A DNA stretch of 64,000 nucleotides from Phyllobates terribilis (taxonomy: Eukaryota), in the NCBI RefSeq assembly GCF_046119375.1, contig NW_027362765.1:185938001-186002000 (forward strand), in the 5' to 3' direction. Position 1 is the first letter of the stretch. Each line of letters begins with the position of its first letter. The position numbers and the translations under genes were made by a program. Below are positions 10,723 to 21,134 of this stretch, piece after piece. The notes beneath the pieces are model-generated. The model saw only the letters and a program-made list of their open reading frames with translations, had not been told where the DNA came from and made no database searches.

Positions 10723-11673
10723 ATGGAACCCGGTGGCACCCAAGCTCCCTCGCTCACGGACCTGTGTCATGAACTGTCCCGTCAAAGGTCCCAACAGGAG
10801 TCCATCCTGGGTCACCTGCGGAATGTCAATACTCGCCTGGACACTCTGACTGCACCACCTGCAGCCACTGCCAGTACCATGACTCGCAACCCGGCAGCTC
10901 CGCTACCCACTAATACCATGGTAACCTATCCCGGTCCCCGGCTGTCTGCACCTCCTCGCTTCGGAGGCGACTCCGTCCAGGCTCGGGGCTTCATAAATCA
11001 GTGCACCCTGCACTTTGAACTTTTGTCCCATCAGTTTAATTCCGACCGGGCCAAAATTGCCTTTATCATGTCCCATCTCACCGGGGAGGCCCTGGCCTGG
11101 CTAAATCCTCTATGGGAGAGAGGAGACCCCCTGGTGTCCAACTTGCCTGCTTTTCTCTCGGCTTTCCGGAAAGTCTTCGACGAACCCGGACGGAAGACCT
11201 CATCCGCATCCTCTCTGCTACGCCTCCGTCAGGAGGGTCTCACCGTGGGCCAATATGCCATACGGTTCCGCACCCTTGCCTCGGAGCTGGCTTGGGATAA
11301 CGACGCTCTGGTATCCGTCTTCTGGGAGGGTCTGTCCGGTCGTATTAAAGATGAACTTGCTGGTCGGGACATTCCTACCTCTCTCGATGATCTAATAACC
11401 CTTGCCACCCGGATTGACCTACGGTTCCAGGAGCGTGCCAAAGAGGTCACCCGTGAGAGAAGGATTCCACGTTTAGCTCCTACTTTCCAGAAACCCGTCA
11501 TTCCCTCCATCTCTCCCCAGGTACACTCTCCTGAGCCTATGCAGGTCGACCAGACCAAGATGGTCAAAACCCGTCAGGACTCACGCCGTGCCGAGGGGAG
11601 CTGCTTCTACTGTGGCAGTAAGGAGCACCGGATCCGTGCCTGCCCGGAGAGGTCGGGAAACGCCTGTGTCTAG
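10723..11673 (+). CDS. gag: Gag (PEG10/RTL1-like capsid + CCHC zinc knuckle), 316 aa
   Basis: PPRFGGD..ARGFINQC, AKIAFIMSHLTGEALAW, LRQEGLTVGQYAIRFRTLA, CFYCGSKEHRIRAC. Confidence 0.95.
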   Translation: MEPGGTQAPSLTDLCHELSRQRSQQESILGHLRNVNTRLDTLTAPPAATASTMTRNPAAPLPTNTMVTYPGPRLSAPPRFGGDSVQARGFINQCTLHFELLSHQFNSDRAKIAFIMSHLTGEALAWLNPLWERGDPLVSNLPAFLSAFRKVFDEPGRKTSSASSLLRLRQEGLTVGQYAIRFRTLASELAWDNDALVSVFWEGLSGRIKDELAGRDIPTSLDDLITLATRIDLRFQERAKEVTRERRIPRLAPTFQKPVIPSISPQVHSPEPMQVDQTKMVKTRQDSRRAEGSCFYCGSKEHRIRACPERSGNACV

Positions 11674-11715
11674 GTTCGCTCAGAGAGGTCCACCTAGACA
11701 AGAATAAATCCTCTC
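11655..11715 (+). promoter_or_regulatory. -1 ribosomal frameshift signal with predicted H-type pseudoknot
   Basis: G GGA AAC is in the gag frame; 5-nt spacer; stem 1 11667-11675/11692-11700; stem 2 GAGAGG 11683-11688 / CCTCTC 11710-11715. Confidence 0.8.
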
Positions 11716-14700
11716 CATCCCTGCTGTTGTCAGTTTCGATCATCTACGGGGAGAACCGTTATTTCGAACTAGCCCAACTTGACTCTGGAGCAGCCGGGAA
11801 CCTTATTTCACAGTCCCTGGTTGAGAAATACCGCATCCCCACCAAACCTCTGGCTGTACCCTTGTCTGTCGCTGCCGTGGATGGGGGCCTCTTACCTCGC
11901 CCCATTCAACTCATCACCGAATCCATTACCCTGCAGGTGGGAATGCTGCATTCTGAAAGTATCTCCTTTCATGTTCTGCCTGGACTCTCTCACGCCCTCT
12001 TGCTAGGTCTGCCCTGGCTCCAGAGACATGCACCCGTGCTAGACTGGCAAACCGGAGAGGTCCTTCGCTGGGGACAAGACTGTCATAAAACCTGCCTGGT
12101 TCCCGTCCATCCCGTCCGTCCCTCTCCTACCCCAGCTAATCTACCTGGACTTCCGATTCCTTATTGGTCTTATGCAGATGTCTTTAATAAAAAGGAGGCA
12201 GAGACATTACCACCACATAGACCATACGACTGTCCCATCGATCTGCTACCCGGTACTACTCCTCCCCGTGGGCGTATCTATCCTTTATCCGCTGCTGAGA
12301 CCCGGTCAATGTCCGAATATATTGAGGAGAATCTGGCCAGAGGATTCATCCGGAAATCTACCTCCCCAGCGGGAGCAGGCTTCTTTTTCGTCAAAAAGAA
12401 GGACGGCTCTCTCCGTCCCTGTATAGACTATAGAGGCCTAAACCTGATCACGGTGAAGAATAAGTACCACCTTCCGCTCATTCCAGAATTATTTGATCGT
12501 CTGAGGGGGGCTAGGATCTTCACCAAACTGGACCTTCGTGGGGCGTACAACCTGGTTCGTATTCGTCAGGGGGATGAATGGAAGACGGCATTCAACACCC
12601 GGGACGGCCACTATGAATACCTGGTAATGCCCTTTGGTCTCTGTAACGCTCCTGCCGTCTTTCAAGAGTTGGTCAATGACATCTTCCGGGACCTTCTCTA
12701 CTCCTGCGTAGTGGTGTACCTGGACGACATCTTGGTCTTCTCTCCGGATCTCCAGACTCACCGGAGGGACGTTCGTCAGGTCCTGCTCAGGCTAAGGCAG
12801 AACCATCTCTACGCTAAATTTGAGAAGTGCCTCTTTGAGCAGACCTCGCTTCCGTTTCTGGGCTACATTATCTCTCAGACCGGCCTACAAATGGATCCTG
12901 AGAAACTGTCTGCCATCGAGAAATGGCCCCGACCGGAGGGGTTGAAGGCCATTCAGCGATTCCTGGGCTTCGCCAACTACTACCGCCTCTTCATACCACA
13001 CTTCTCTTCCCGGACGGCCCCAATTTCTGCGCTCACCCGTAAAGGTACTAATCCCAAAGAGTGGCCACCCGAAGCAGAGGAGGCCTTTCTTTCCCTTAAA
13101 CAGGCCTTCTCTTCCGCCCCGGTGCTGCATCGCCCAGATGGCAACAAGCAGTTCTTCCTGGAAGTTGACGCCTCCTCCTCTGGAGCCGGAGCGGTACTTA
13201 CTCAAAAATCATCTTCCGGGAGGATGGTAACTTGTGGCTTCTTCTCTAAACTCTTCTCCTCCTCTGAGCGCAACTATTCCATAGGAGACCGAGAGTTATT
13301 GGCCATCAAACTGGCATTGGAGGAGTGGCGTTACCTGCTCGAGGGGGCTCTTCACCCGGTAATAATTTACACTGACCACAAGAACTTGGCTTACCTCCAG
13401 CATGCCCAGAGACTTAACCCGCGCCAAGCCCGGTGGTCCTTGTTTTTTGCTCGTTTTGATTTTGTCCTTCATTTTCGCCCGGCTGACAAAAACGTCAAGG
13501 CGGACGCCTTGTCTCGGTCCTTTCTGGTGTCTGATCTCGAGGAGGATCCGAAACATATCATCGATCCCGCCAGAGTAATGCAGGTGGCTCCCGTGAGTCT
13601 AAATCGTCTTCCTCCTGGTAAGACGTTCGTACCAGTACCTGATCGGGAGAAGATCCTACACTGGGGTCATTCGTCTAAACTAGCTGGCCACGCCGGTCAG
13701 AAAAAGACCCTCCAGCTTATTACCCGGCACTACTGGTGGCCTAACCTGCACAAGGATGTAATAGACTTTGTTTCTGCCTGTGTGTCCTGCGCCCGCAACA
13801 AAGTTCCGAGACACCTGCCGGCCGGCCGCCTCCTACCTCTGCCAGTACCTGCTGCCCCCTGGCAGCATATAGCGATGGACTTCATTACTGATCTGCCCGT
13901 CTCTGCCGGTTGTACGGTCATTTGGGTGGTCGCTGACCGCTTCTCCAAGATGGCTCACTTCATTCCACTGCCAGGTCTTCCGTCTGCACCCGAGCTGGCT
14001 AAAGACTTTATCCGCCACATCTTCCGTCTTCATGGCCTGCCCCGTCACATCGTGTCGGATCGTGGGGTACAGTTCACTTCCCGTTTCTGGAGAGCCACTT
14101 GTAAATTGCTGGACGTCACCCTGGACTTCTCCTCCGCTTACCACCCACAGTCTAATGGTCAAGTGGAGCGGATCAATCAGAACCTGACCAGTTACCTTCG
14201 GCACTTCGTTAATGCCCACCATTCTGACTGGGTGGATCTCCTGCCATGGGCCGAATTCTCGTACAACAATCACGAGAGCGAGTCTTCCTCCAAATCCCCG
14301 TTTTTTGTAGTCTACGGTCAGCATCCTCGGATCCCGTTTCCCGTCTCCACCTCGGCGGACAATCCGGCTGCGGAATCTCTTGTTAACAAATTTTCCTCCA
14401 TATGGGAGAGTACCCGGTCCGCACTCCTTCTGTCATCCGAGCGTATGAAAAGACACGCTGACAAAAAACGTCTGGACCCTCCTCAATTCCGCCCTGGGGA
14501 TAAAGTCTGGCTCTCGTCCAAATATGTCCGGCTCAAGATCCCTTCCTATAAGTTAGGGCCTCGGTTCATCGGCCCACTGGAGGTCATCAGTCAGATCAAT
14601 CCGGTGGCCTATAAATTGAAACTCCCGGCCAACTTACGGATCCCTAACTCCTTCCATGTGTCTCTCCTCAAACCTGTGGTGCTTAACTCTTTTTCCAAGT

Positions 14701-15122
14701 CTACAGGTACGCCTCCTGCTCCGGTTTCTGCTGAGGACGAGTTTGAGGTAGAGAACATTCTTGCCACCAAAAGGGTAAGAGGAAAGACCTTTTTCCTGGT
14801 AGATTGGAAGGGGTTTGGTCCTGAGGAGAGAACGTGGGAGCCCCGGGAGAACATCCATGCCCCTCTCATCCTTGCTAAATTTCTGTCTGGCCTAAAAAAG
14901 GGGGGGCCTAAAGGGGGGGGTACTGTAGTGCCGGCGTCCCTGCCCTCTGCTAGGCAGGGACGCTGCTCCCCTCACCGCTCTGCTCCGTGCCCGGCATCTT
15001 CCCCCCGCTCTGCTGTCAGCGCGCGCTCCGTCCCGGCGTCCTCCTCCTGCTCTGCTCTCAGCGCGCGCTCCTTCCCGGCCCCTGTGCTTAGGGCGCGCGC
15101 GCGCGCGCTCCCCTCCTCTTAA
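11655..15122 (+). CDS. pol: Pol (PR-RT-RNase H-IN-chromodomain), reached by -1 frameshift
   Basis: The -1 frame is open from the GGGAAAC heptamer; LDSGA, YLDD, VDASS..TDHKNL, HSSKLAGH..CVSC, SDRGVQF..QVER, FEVENIL..WKGF..TWEP. Confidence 0.95.
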   Translation, partial: GKRLCLGSLREVHLDKNKSSPSLLLSVSIIYGENRYFELAQLDSGAAGNLISQSLVEKYRIPTKPLAVPLSVAAVDGGLLPRPIQLITESITLQVGMLHSESISFHVLPGLSHALLLGLPWLQRHAPVLDWQTGEVLRWGQDCHKTCLVPVHPVRPSPTPANLPGLPIPYWSYADVFNKKEAETLPPHRPYDCPIDLLPGTTPPRGRIYPLSAAETRSMSEYIEENLARGFIRKSTSPAGAGFFFVKKKDGSLRPCIDYRGLNLITVKNKYHLPLIPELFDRLRGARIFTKLDLRGAYNLVRIRQGDEWKTAFNTRDGHYEYLVMPFGLCNAPAVFQELVNDIFRDLLYSCVVVYLDDILVFSPDLQTHRRDVRQVLLRLRQNHLYAKFEKCLFEQTSLPFLGYIISQTGLQMDPEKLSAIEKWPRPEGLKAIQRFLGFANYYRLFIPHFSSRTAPISALTRKGTNPKEWPPEAEEAFLSLKQAFSSAPVLHRPDGNKQFFLEVDASSSGAGAVLTQKSSSGRMVTCGFFSKLFSSSERNYSIGDRELLAIKLALEEWRYLLEGALHPVIIYTDHKNLAYLQHAQRLNPRQARWSLFFARFDFVLHFRPADKNVKADALSRSFLVSDLEEDPKHIIDPARVMQVAPVSLNRLPPGKTFVPVPDREKILHWGHSSKLAGHAGQKKTLQLITRHYWWPNLHKDVIDFVSACVSCARNKVPRHLPAGRLLPLPVPAAPWQHIAMDFITDLPVSAGCTVIWVVADRFSKMAHFIPLPGLPSAPELAKDFIRHIFRLHGLPRHIVSDRGVQFTSRFWRATCKLLDVTLDFSSAYHPQSNGQVERINQNLTSYLRHFVNAHHSDWVDLLPWAEFSYNNHESESSSKSPFFVVYGQHPRIPFPVSTSADNPAAESLVNKFSSIWESTRSALLLSSERMKRHADKKRLDPPQFRPGDKVWLSSKYVRLKIPSYKLGPRFIGPLEVISQINPVAYKLKLPANLRIPNSFHVSLLKPVVLNSFSKSTGTPPAPVSAEDEFEVENILATKRVRGKTFFLVDWKGFGPEERTWEPRENIHAPLILAKFLSGLKKGGPKGGGTVVPASLPSARQGRCSPHRSAPCPASSPRSAVSARSVPASSSCSALSARSFPAPVLRARARALPSS

Positions 15123-16025
15123 AGGGGCCGCGCGCGCCGCCCTAAAGAGTCCCCGGCCAATGGCCGGAGGACTTCATCATATATAAGGCACCTCCTCCAA
15201 AATGGAGGTGCCCGAGCAATGTTGTTTGCACCTGTGTCTCACCTGTGCTTCAGCCCTCAGGTCCCATTGCCAGTTACCTGCCAGTTACCTGCCAGTTTCC
15301 TGCCAGTTTCCTGCTAGTTACCTGCCTGATTCCTGCCTGAATACTTGTTACCTGCCTGCCTGCCTGAGGTCCGACGGTCTGCCTTACAACTCCGGTCAGT
15401 CTGTCTAAGGACCAACTTGTCCGCTCACCTGGGAGCGCACATCAGCTACCTGCCTGCTTGCCTGAGGTCCGACGGTCCGCCTTACAACTCCGGTCAGTCT
15501 GTCTATGGACCAGCTTGCCCGCTCACCTGGGAGCGCTTCTCCGCTACCTGCCTGCTTGCCAGCCCGGAGGCTCCGTTGTCACGTGCTGTGACCACCAGCT
15601 ATCTCAGAGACTCTTGCCCGCTCACCTGGGAGCGCATCTCCGTTACCTGCCTGCTTGCCAGCCCGGAGGTCCCGTTGTCACGTGCGGTGACCACCAGCTA
15701 TTCCAGAGACTCTTGCCCGCTCACCTGGGAGCGCTTCTCCGTTACCTACCTGCCTGCCAGCCCGGAGGTTCCGCCGTCACGTGCCGTGACCACCTGCTAT
15801 TCCAGAGACTCTCGCTTGCTCACCTGGGAGCACACTTCTACCATCTGCCTGCTAGCCTACCCGGAGGCTCCGCCATCACAGGTCGTACCTACCCCTTACC
15901 CAGAGACTGCCCTGATCACTTGCCGTAACTCCCTGTCCGTTCACCCAAAGACTGCCACCCGCTCCCTTACAAGGGCCGCCCCCTTGTATAGTAGCTCAGA
16001 GGTTCCGCCTCCCGGACCCGTTACA
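14924..16025 (+). repeat. 3' LTR of Gypsy copy 1
   Basis: 1102 bp; follows the PPT; ends GTTACA before the TSD. Confidence 0.95.
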
Positions 16026-16059
16026 ATTATGTACGGTAAAAAGTCATGTATTTAGTTAA

Positions 16060-16532
16060 AGGAGTTTTCTCACAAACAAAAGTTCACTTTAATCAATAGA
16101 TCTTGGAATGTTTAAATAAAATGTTCCTATGCTGAGGAACATGGTCTGATCATACCACATCTCCTGGGCAGGGGAGGAAGCAAAAGAGTATACAGACAAT
16201 ACAGCAGGGGATCACAGCTGATTCTTTCTTTGAAGTAAAACATTGTTTAAAAACAGGCAGGGAAATGTTTTACCTCACGAAAAGAATCAGCTGTGATCCC
16301 ATGCTGTCCTGTCTGTATACTCTTTTGCTTCCTCCCCTGTCCAGTAGCTGTGATATGATCAGACCATGTTCCTGTACGGTCAGACACAGCCATTACACTG
16401 TACACAGCAGGGGCACATTTATAAGATTATCTCACCACAGGAACATTTTATTTAAACACATACAATTGTGGAAATTATTATTATTCCAAGATCTATTGAT
16501 TAAAATATACTTTCGTTCGTGGGAAAACCCCT
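16060..16532. mobile_element. T2/Kolobok-type MITE
   Basis: TTAA at 16056-16059 and 16533-16536; termini AGGAGTTTTC / GAAAACCCCT. Confidence 0.8.
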
Positions 16533-16980
16533 TTAAGTATAGATACATTCTAATGATGATAAATTAATATATTTTATAACATACTGTGCTCCTTTATATA
16601 AGGAAAATATATATTGTTATACACAATGTCAGACTGAAGAACATTGGGCCCACCAAAGGATTTGATTCTGAGGACCCACCTTCCTCCCCCACTCAAGAGC
16701 CCCATGGCAGCTGCAAGGTTTGCTCTATGAACGCTCCTGAAGGATTCTCCGGTTCTCTGGTGGGCCAGTCCAACCCTGGTTGTACAGTGTTAGCCAGTAG
16801 ATGGAAAAAAATAATTATTAAAAAGTATTAACCATGGAGGCCTAATTGAAAAAATGGTGACAAATAGTAAGCTGTCCTGACTGAAGAATCACATTTATGT
16901 ACAATGTACTAACTGGTCTTACTGCATTATTCCTCTGTCCTGTTGTGTATAACTATGTGGCTCTTCTGATATTGTGTTAG

Positions 16981-17025
16981 GCCATGCTGATGAAGAGACC
17001 TGAGTAGTCTCGAAAGCTTGCCATT
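16981..17025 (+). ncRNA. Degenerate minimal hammerhead-ribozyme core in a Penelope-like terminal fragment
   Basis: CTGATGA 16987-16993; stem II GAGAC/GTCTC (16995-16999/17007-17011); GAAA 17012-17015; the cleavage triplet is not canonical. Confidence 0.55.
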
Positions 17026-17562
17026 TGTCATCATCTTTTCAGTTAGCCATTAAAAGATATCAGCCACTGAGGACTCTCAAATTTTATTTTACTTTTAGAT
17101 TTATATCGGCATATGGAAATCACTTTAATATATGATCATGGAGAACAGTTTAGTTATTATCATTTGTAAGTCAGCCAGTGCCCCACCAGTAGGTTCTCTT
17201 TGAACATTTACAGTTTTGTTTCTTTTGGATTTGTAACGGGATCCCTGTCGAGTCCAGTTGTGTGGAGGTCTGCGACATTGCATTCTTTTGTAAATCAGTC
17301 TTCTCTTCTTTCATCTTATTGCCTACCCTATCTTGGCAATTTTTTTGCACAATAATGGACTCGCATTTTACCAAGTAGAACATCTAAAGGCTCAAGTTTT
17401 TGGAATCCATATTGTTGGAGCTGGACACACTATGATCAGTTTGGATCTAAGGGGTAACGTTTCTCCTTGTGGAGAGTGACAAGCCAGGTCTGGCATGTCA
17501 GAGTGAGGAGAATTATATACGACATGCATTCTTCTCTGAGATCTGCCAAATCAGATCTGCTA

Positions 17563-18964
17563 CAGGTGCATCTCAGTAAATTAGAATATCATCAAAAAGT
17601 TAATTTATTTCAGTTCTTCAATGCAAAAAGTGAAACTCGTATATTATATAGAGTCATTACAAACAGAGTGATCTATTTCAAGTGTTTATTTCTGTTAATG
17701 TTGATGATTATGGCTTACAGCCAATGAAAACGCAAAAATCATTATATCAGTAAATTAGAATACTTTATAACAGCTTGAAAAATGTTTTTAAAATCCAAAA
17801 TGTTGGCCTAATGAAATGTATGTTCAGAAAATGCTCTCAATACTTGGTCGGGGCTCCTTTTGCATCAAATACTGCATCAATGCGGCGTGGCATGGAGGCG
17901 ATCAGCCTGTAGCACTGCTGAGGTGTTATGGAAGCCCAGGTTGCTTTGATAGCAGCCTTCAGCTCGTCTACATTGTTGGGTCTGGTGTCTCTCATCTTCC
18001 TCTTGACAATACCCCATAGATTCTCTATAATAGATTCTCTATGGGGTTAAGGTCAGGCGAGTTTTGTGGCCAATGAAGCACAGTGATACTGTTGTTTGTA
18101 AACCAGGTATTGGTACTTTTGGCAGTGTGGACAGGTGCCAAGTCCTGCTGGAGAATGAAATTTCCATCTCCAAAAAGCTTGTCGGCAGAGGGAAGCATGA
18201 AGTGCTCTAAAATTTCCTGGTAGACGACTGCGCTGACTTTGGTCTTGATAAAACACAGTGGAGCTACACCAGCAGATGACATGGCTCCCCAAACCATCAC
18301 TGATTGTGGAAACTTCACACTAGACCTCAAGCAGCTTGGATTGTGTGCCTCTCCACTCTTCCTCCAGACTCTGGGACCTTGATTTCCAAATGAAAATTGG
18401 AACTCTGTGACCTGTGTCAATGACTGCCTTCTGGACATCTGTCAAGTCAGCAGTCTTTCCCATCATTGTGGAGCCTACTGAAACAGACTAAGGGACCTTT
18501 TTAAACGCTTAGGAAGCCTTTGCAGGTGTTTTTTGTTAATTATTTTAATTTACTGAGATAATGACTATTGTGTTTTCATTGGCTGTAAGCCATAATCATC
18601 AACATTTATTTATTTATTTTATTTATTTTACTCACTTATATAGCGCCATTAATTCCACAGCGCTTTACAGACATTATGGGCACTGTCCCCATTGGGGCTC
18701 ACAATCTACATTCCCTATCAATATGTTTTTGGAGTGTGGGAGGAAATAAAGAACCCGGAGGAAACCCACACAAACACGGGGAGAACATACAAACTCCTTG
18801 CAGATGTTGTCCTTGGTGGGATTTGAACCATTAACAGAAATAAACACTTGAAATAGATCACTCTGTTTGGAATGACTATATAATATACGAGTTTCACTTT
18901 TTGCATTGAAGAAGAGAAATAAATTAACTTTTTGATGATATTCTAATTTAATGAGATGCACCTG
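17563..18964 (-). mobile_element. Tc1 element with long TIRs, internally deleted
   Basis: TA flanks (17561-17562, 18965-18966); TIR CAGGTGCATCTCA; ~200-bp inverted arms; minus-strand transposase fragment 18025-18438 (VMVWGAMS, QQDLAPVHTAK, WPQNSPDLNPIENL). Confidence 0.92.
18607..18828 (-). mobile_element. tRNA-derived SINE (V-SINE-like), 5'-truncated, inserted in the Tc1 right TIR
   Basis: Minus strand reads B-box GGTTCAAATCC, V-domain-like GTTTGTATGTTCTCCCGTG..GGGTTTCCTCCGGG and tail GCGCTATATAAG..(AATA)n; CATT is duplicated on both sides. Confidence 0.8.
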
Positions 18965-18966
18965 TA

Positions 18967-19163
18967 CTTTGCACTGATGAGGGGCAATACCCTGAAACAC
19001 AGTGTCCTCAAATTGAGATTCTGGTTTGGCTTTTATCCTAAGTCATATGGCAAGGGTCGATATTGACTTTTAAAATTGCTACTTCCAATAGGTGGCACTA
19101 GAATTTTAGTCCTCTTCCCCTCTGAAGAGGCAATTTGCATATTTAATTTCCCAGAGGAGCTAA
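18967..19163 (+). mobile_element. Short hammerhead-bearing repeat (Penelope-like pLTR / retrozyme-like)
   Basis: The sequence after the ribozyme recurs in reverse at about 20595-20755 and partly forward at about 20800-20940. Confidence 0.6.
18968..19012 (+). ncRNA. Type I minimal hammerhead ribozyme
   Basis: CTGATGA 18974-18980; stem II GGGG/CCCT; GAAA 18994-18997; stem III ACAC-A-GTGT; GUC cleavage after C19006; stem I TTTGCA/CTCAAA is partly decayed. Confidence 0.75.
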
Positions 19164-19209
19164 TGTGATATCGCTATGTCGGCAAAGGTCTCATCTATCA
19201 AAATTAAAG

Positions 19210-19700
19210 ATTAGCCAGATGCAATAGAAAGTAATGAAACTGTGTCTACCCCAAAAAGTTATCAATAAAAACAAAAGCTCAGCAGCACGCAAAAAAAAAA
19301 GCCCCACCCCTACACCCCCAACCCCTTATAACTCAGTTAATGTGAAAATGAAAACATTAAAGGTCTTGGAAAGTGGTGACTAAAAATCTTTTTACAAATT
19401 TTCCCAAAAATATTTCACCACTTAAAGTAAAAAAAAAAAAGGCTTTTACAAGTTTGCCATCACTGTGATTGTACTGACCTGCTAAGTCATTTTGCTGCAT
19501 AGTGAATGTCATGAAAATACAACCCAAAAAACAATGGAGGAATTGCTACAGCTTGTCCTGCAAAATAACCAAGCGATCATACAGCTATGTCAATAGAAAA
19601 ATAAAAGCTGTGGCTCTTGGAATAAAGAAGAAAAAATGTAAGACTAAATCCGTGAAAATGTTCTTCTGGTATTTGGTAGATTAATGAAAAGTTAATATTG
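19210..19700. mobile_element. Fragment of an AT-rich non-autonomous DNA element (possibly piggyBac-related)
   Basis: Composition and motifs resemble piggyBac-type subterminal regions; no termini found. Confidence 0.3.
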
Positions 19701-20591
19701 GTGGTCTGATTTACAGACCAGCAGTGCTTCAAATCCTTTCCCACTGCTGAGAGATTTTGATTCATTAACACATCTTACTAATTTCTTTGGGACTCAAATT
19801 TATGCATTTTATATTGATGAAAAAACGGTTATTATTACTAATGGGGATGACCAACTTGAGGAAACTTTTTTATTAAAATAAGTGTATTTGGGCTAAAAAA
19901 AATATTTTTTTGTAATCTGTTTTCATTAAAGGGAATCAATCACTAGGTTTTTGCAAATCTGAGAGCAGCATGATGTAGGTGCAGATACTCTGATCCCAGT
20001 GATGTCTCACTTACTGGGCTGCTTGCTGTAATTTTGATAAAATCACTGTTCTGTCTGCTGTAGATCTAGCAGTGCTCTAAATGCTGAGCTCTGTATAACC
20101 CCGCCTACAACAATGATAGCTTTCTGTGTACACTGTAAATTGTCAGAAAGCTGCCAATCATTGTTGGGGTGGGGTTTCGCACAGCAGGAGGACTACACGG
20201 CACAAAACAACTAGTCCTCCAGTGAAAAACTCCTGCTGATTAAAACACTGATTTTGTTGAAACTGCAGCAATCATCACAGTAAGTGATACATCACTGGTA
20301 TCTGGGCCCCTACATCTTGCTGCTCTCAGATGACATGTAAACATATTGTAATATTTGACTATAGAAGGAAAACTGTGTTGCACAAGTATATTGCTGGCTG
20401 CTGAATGGGTTTACTGAGAATATAAGGGGAGAGTTTGCTGTCTTTCCTGTCTTTTTCTGATCTCTCAGCTAATTTGTGAGCACAAACCACATCAAAGTTG
20501 AATGTGCAGGGGAACAAAGAATCTGAAAAGGGCAAATGGTGCAAAAATTTTCAATGAAACCCAATGGCAAAAATACATTTTAGCCCCAAAT

Positions 20592-20940
20592 GTATATGCA
20601 AATTTCCTCTTCAGAAAGGAAGAGGACCAAAACTCTAGTGCAACCTTTTTGTGGGTAGCAATCGTAAAAGTGAATATTAACTCTTCAGCTAGCCTTGCCA
20701 CATGACTTAGGATAAAAGCTAAACCAGACACTCGATTTGCAGACGTGTTTGAGGGGCGGAGGAAAGGGTGAGCCTCTGACATGTGTTCACAGGGTGAGAC
20801 AAGAGGCCTCTCTGGCAGGGTGCACTAGAATTCTAGTCTTCTTCCTCTCTGGCAAATATCCTATTCAGAGGACCACTGCATGGCCTATAAGTCACCTTAC
20901 GTCATATTGGAACTGTCAGCAATGATATACGTTTCCCCTC
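20592..20940. mobile_element. Inverted-arrangement copy of the hammerhead-bearing repeat
   Basis: Reverse arm ends in ATTTGCAGACGTGTTTGAGGGG (reverse complement of a decayed stem III/GUC/stem I); a forward arm follows; AGCCCCAAAT flanks both sides. Confidence 0.55.
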
Positions 20941-21134
20941 AGCCCCAAATACATGCATTTAAGTAAAAAAAAAAGACTCCAAAAAGGTGATCAACCCCTT
21001 TGTAGATGTGTGGTATGTTCATGTTACAATCTTTATGTACATGTAATTCTGTCATCAATTTGACAATCTGCTATGATCTTAGAGTGCAATCATTGTGTAA
21101 TTTAATTGTGGATCTCGCCTAATAATCATACAAG

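Larger units (their letters stand above)
9597..16025 (+). mobile_element. Full-length chromoviral Ty3/Gypsy LTR retrotransposon (Tf1/sushi type), copy 1
   Basis: 5-bp TSD ATTAT (9592-9596, 16026-16030); TG...CA LTRs 9597-10709 and 14924-16025; PPT 14910-14920; open gag and pol with chromodomain. Confidence 0.97.

Noticed and set aside
10029-10772. Long ORFs inside the Gypsy LTRs (also 10142, 15345, 15458, 42276, 47668)
   Set aside because: They arise from GC-rich tandem repeats, mostly start at non-ATG codons, differ in frame and content between the sister elements, and show no domain.
17171-17440. Minus-strand ORF between the hammerhead-like motifs as a Penelope ORF
   Set aside because: No RT or GIY-YIG motif is visible.
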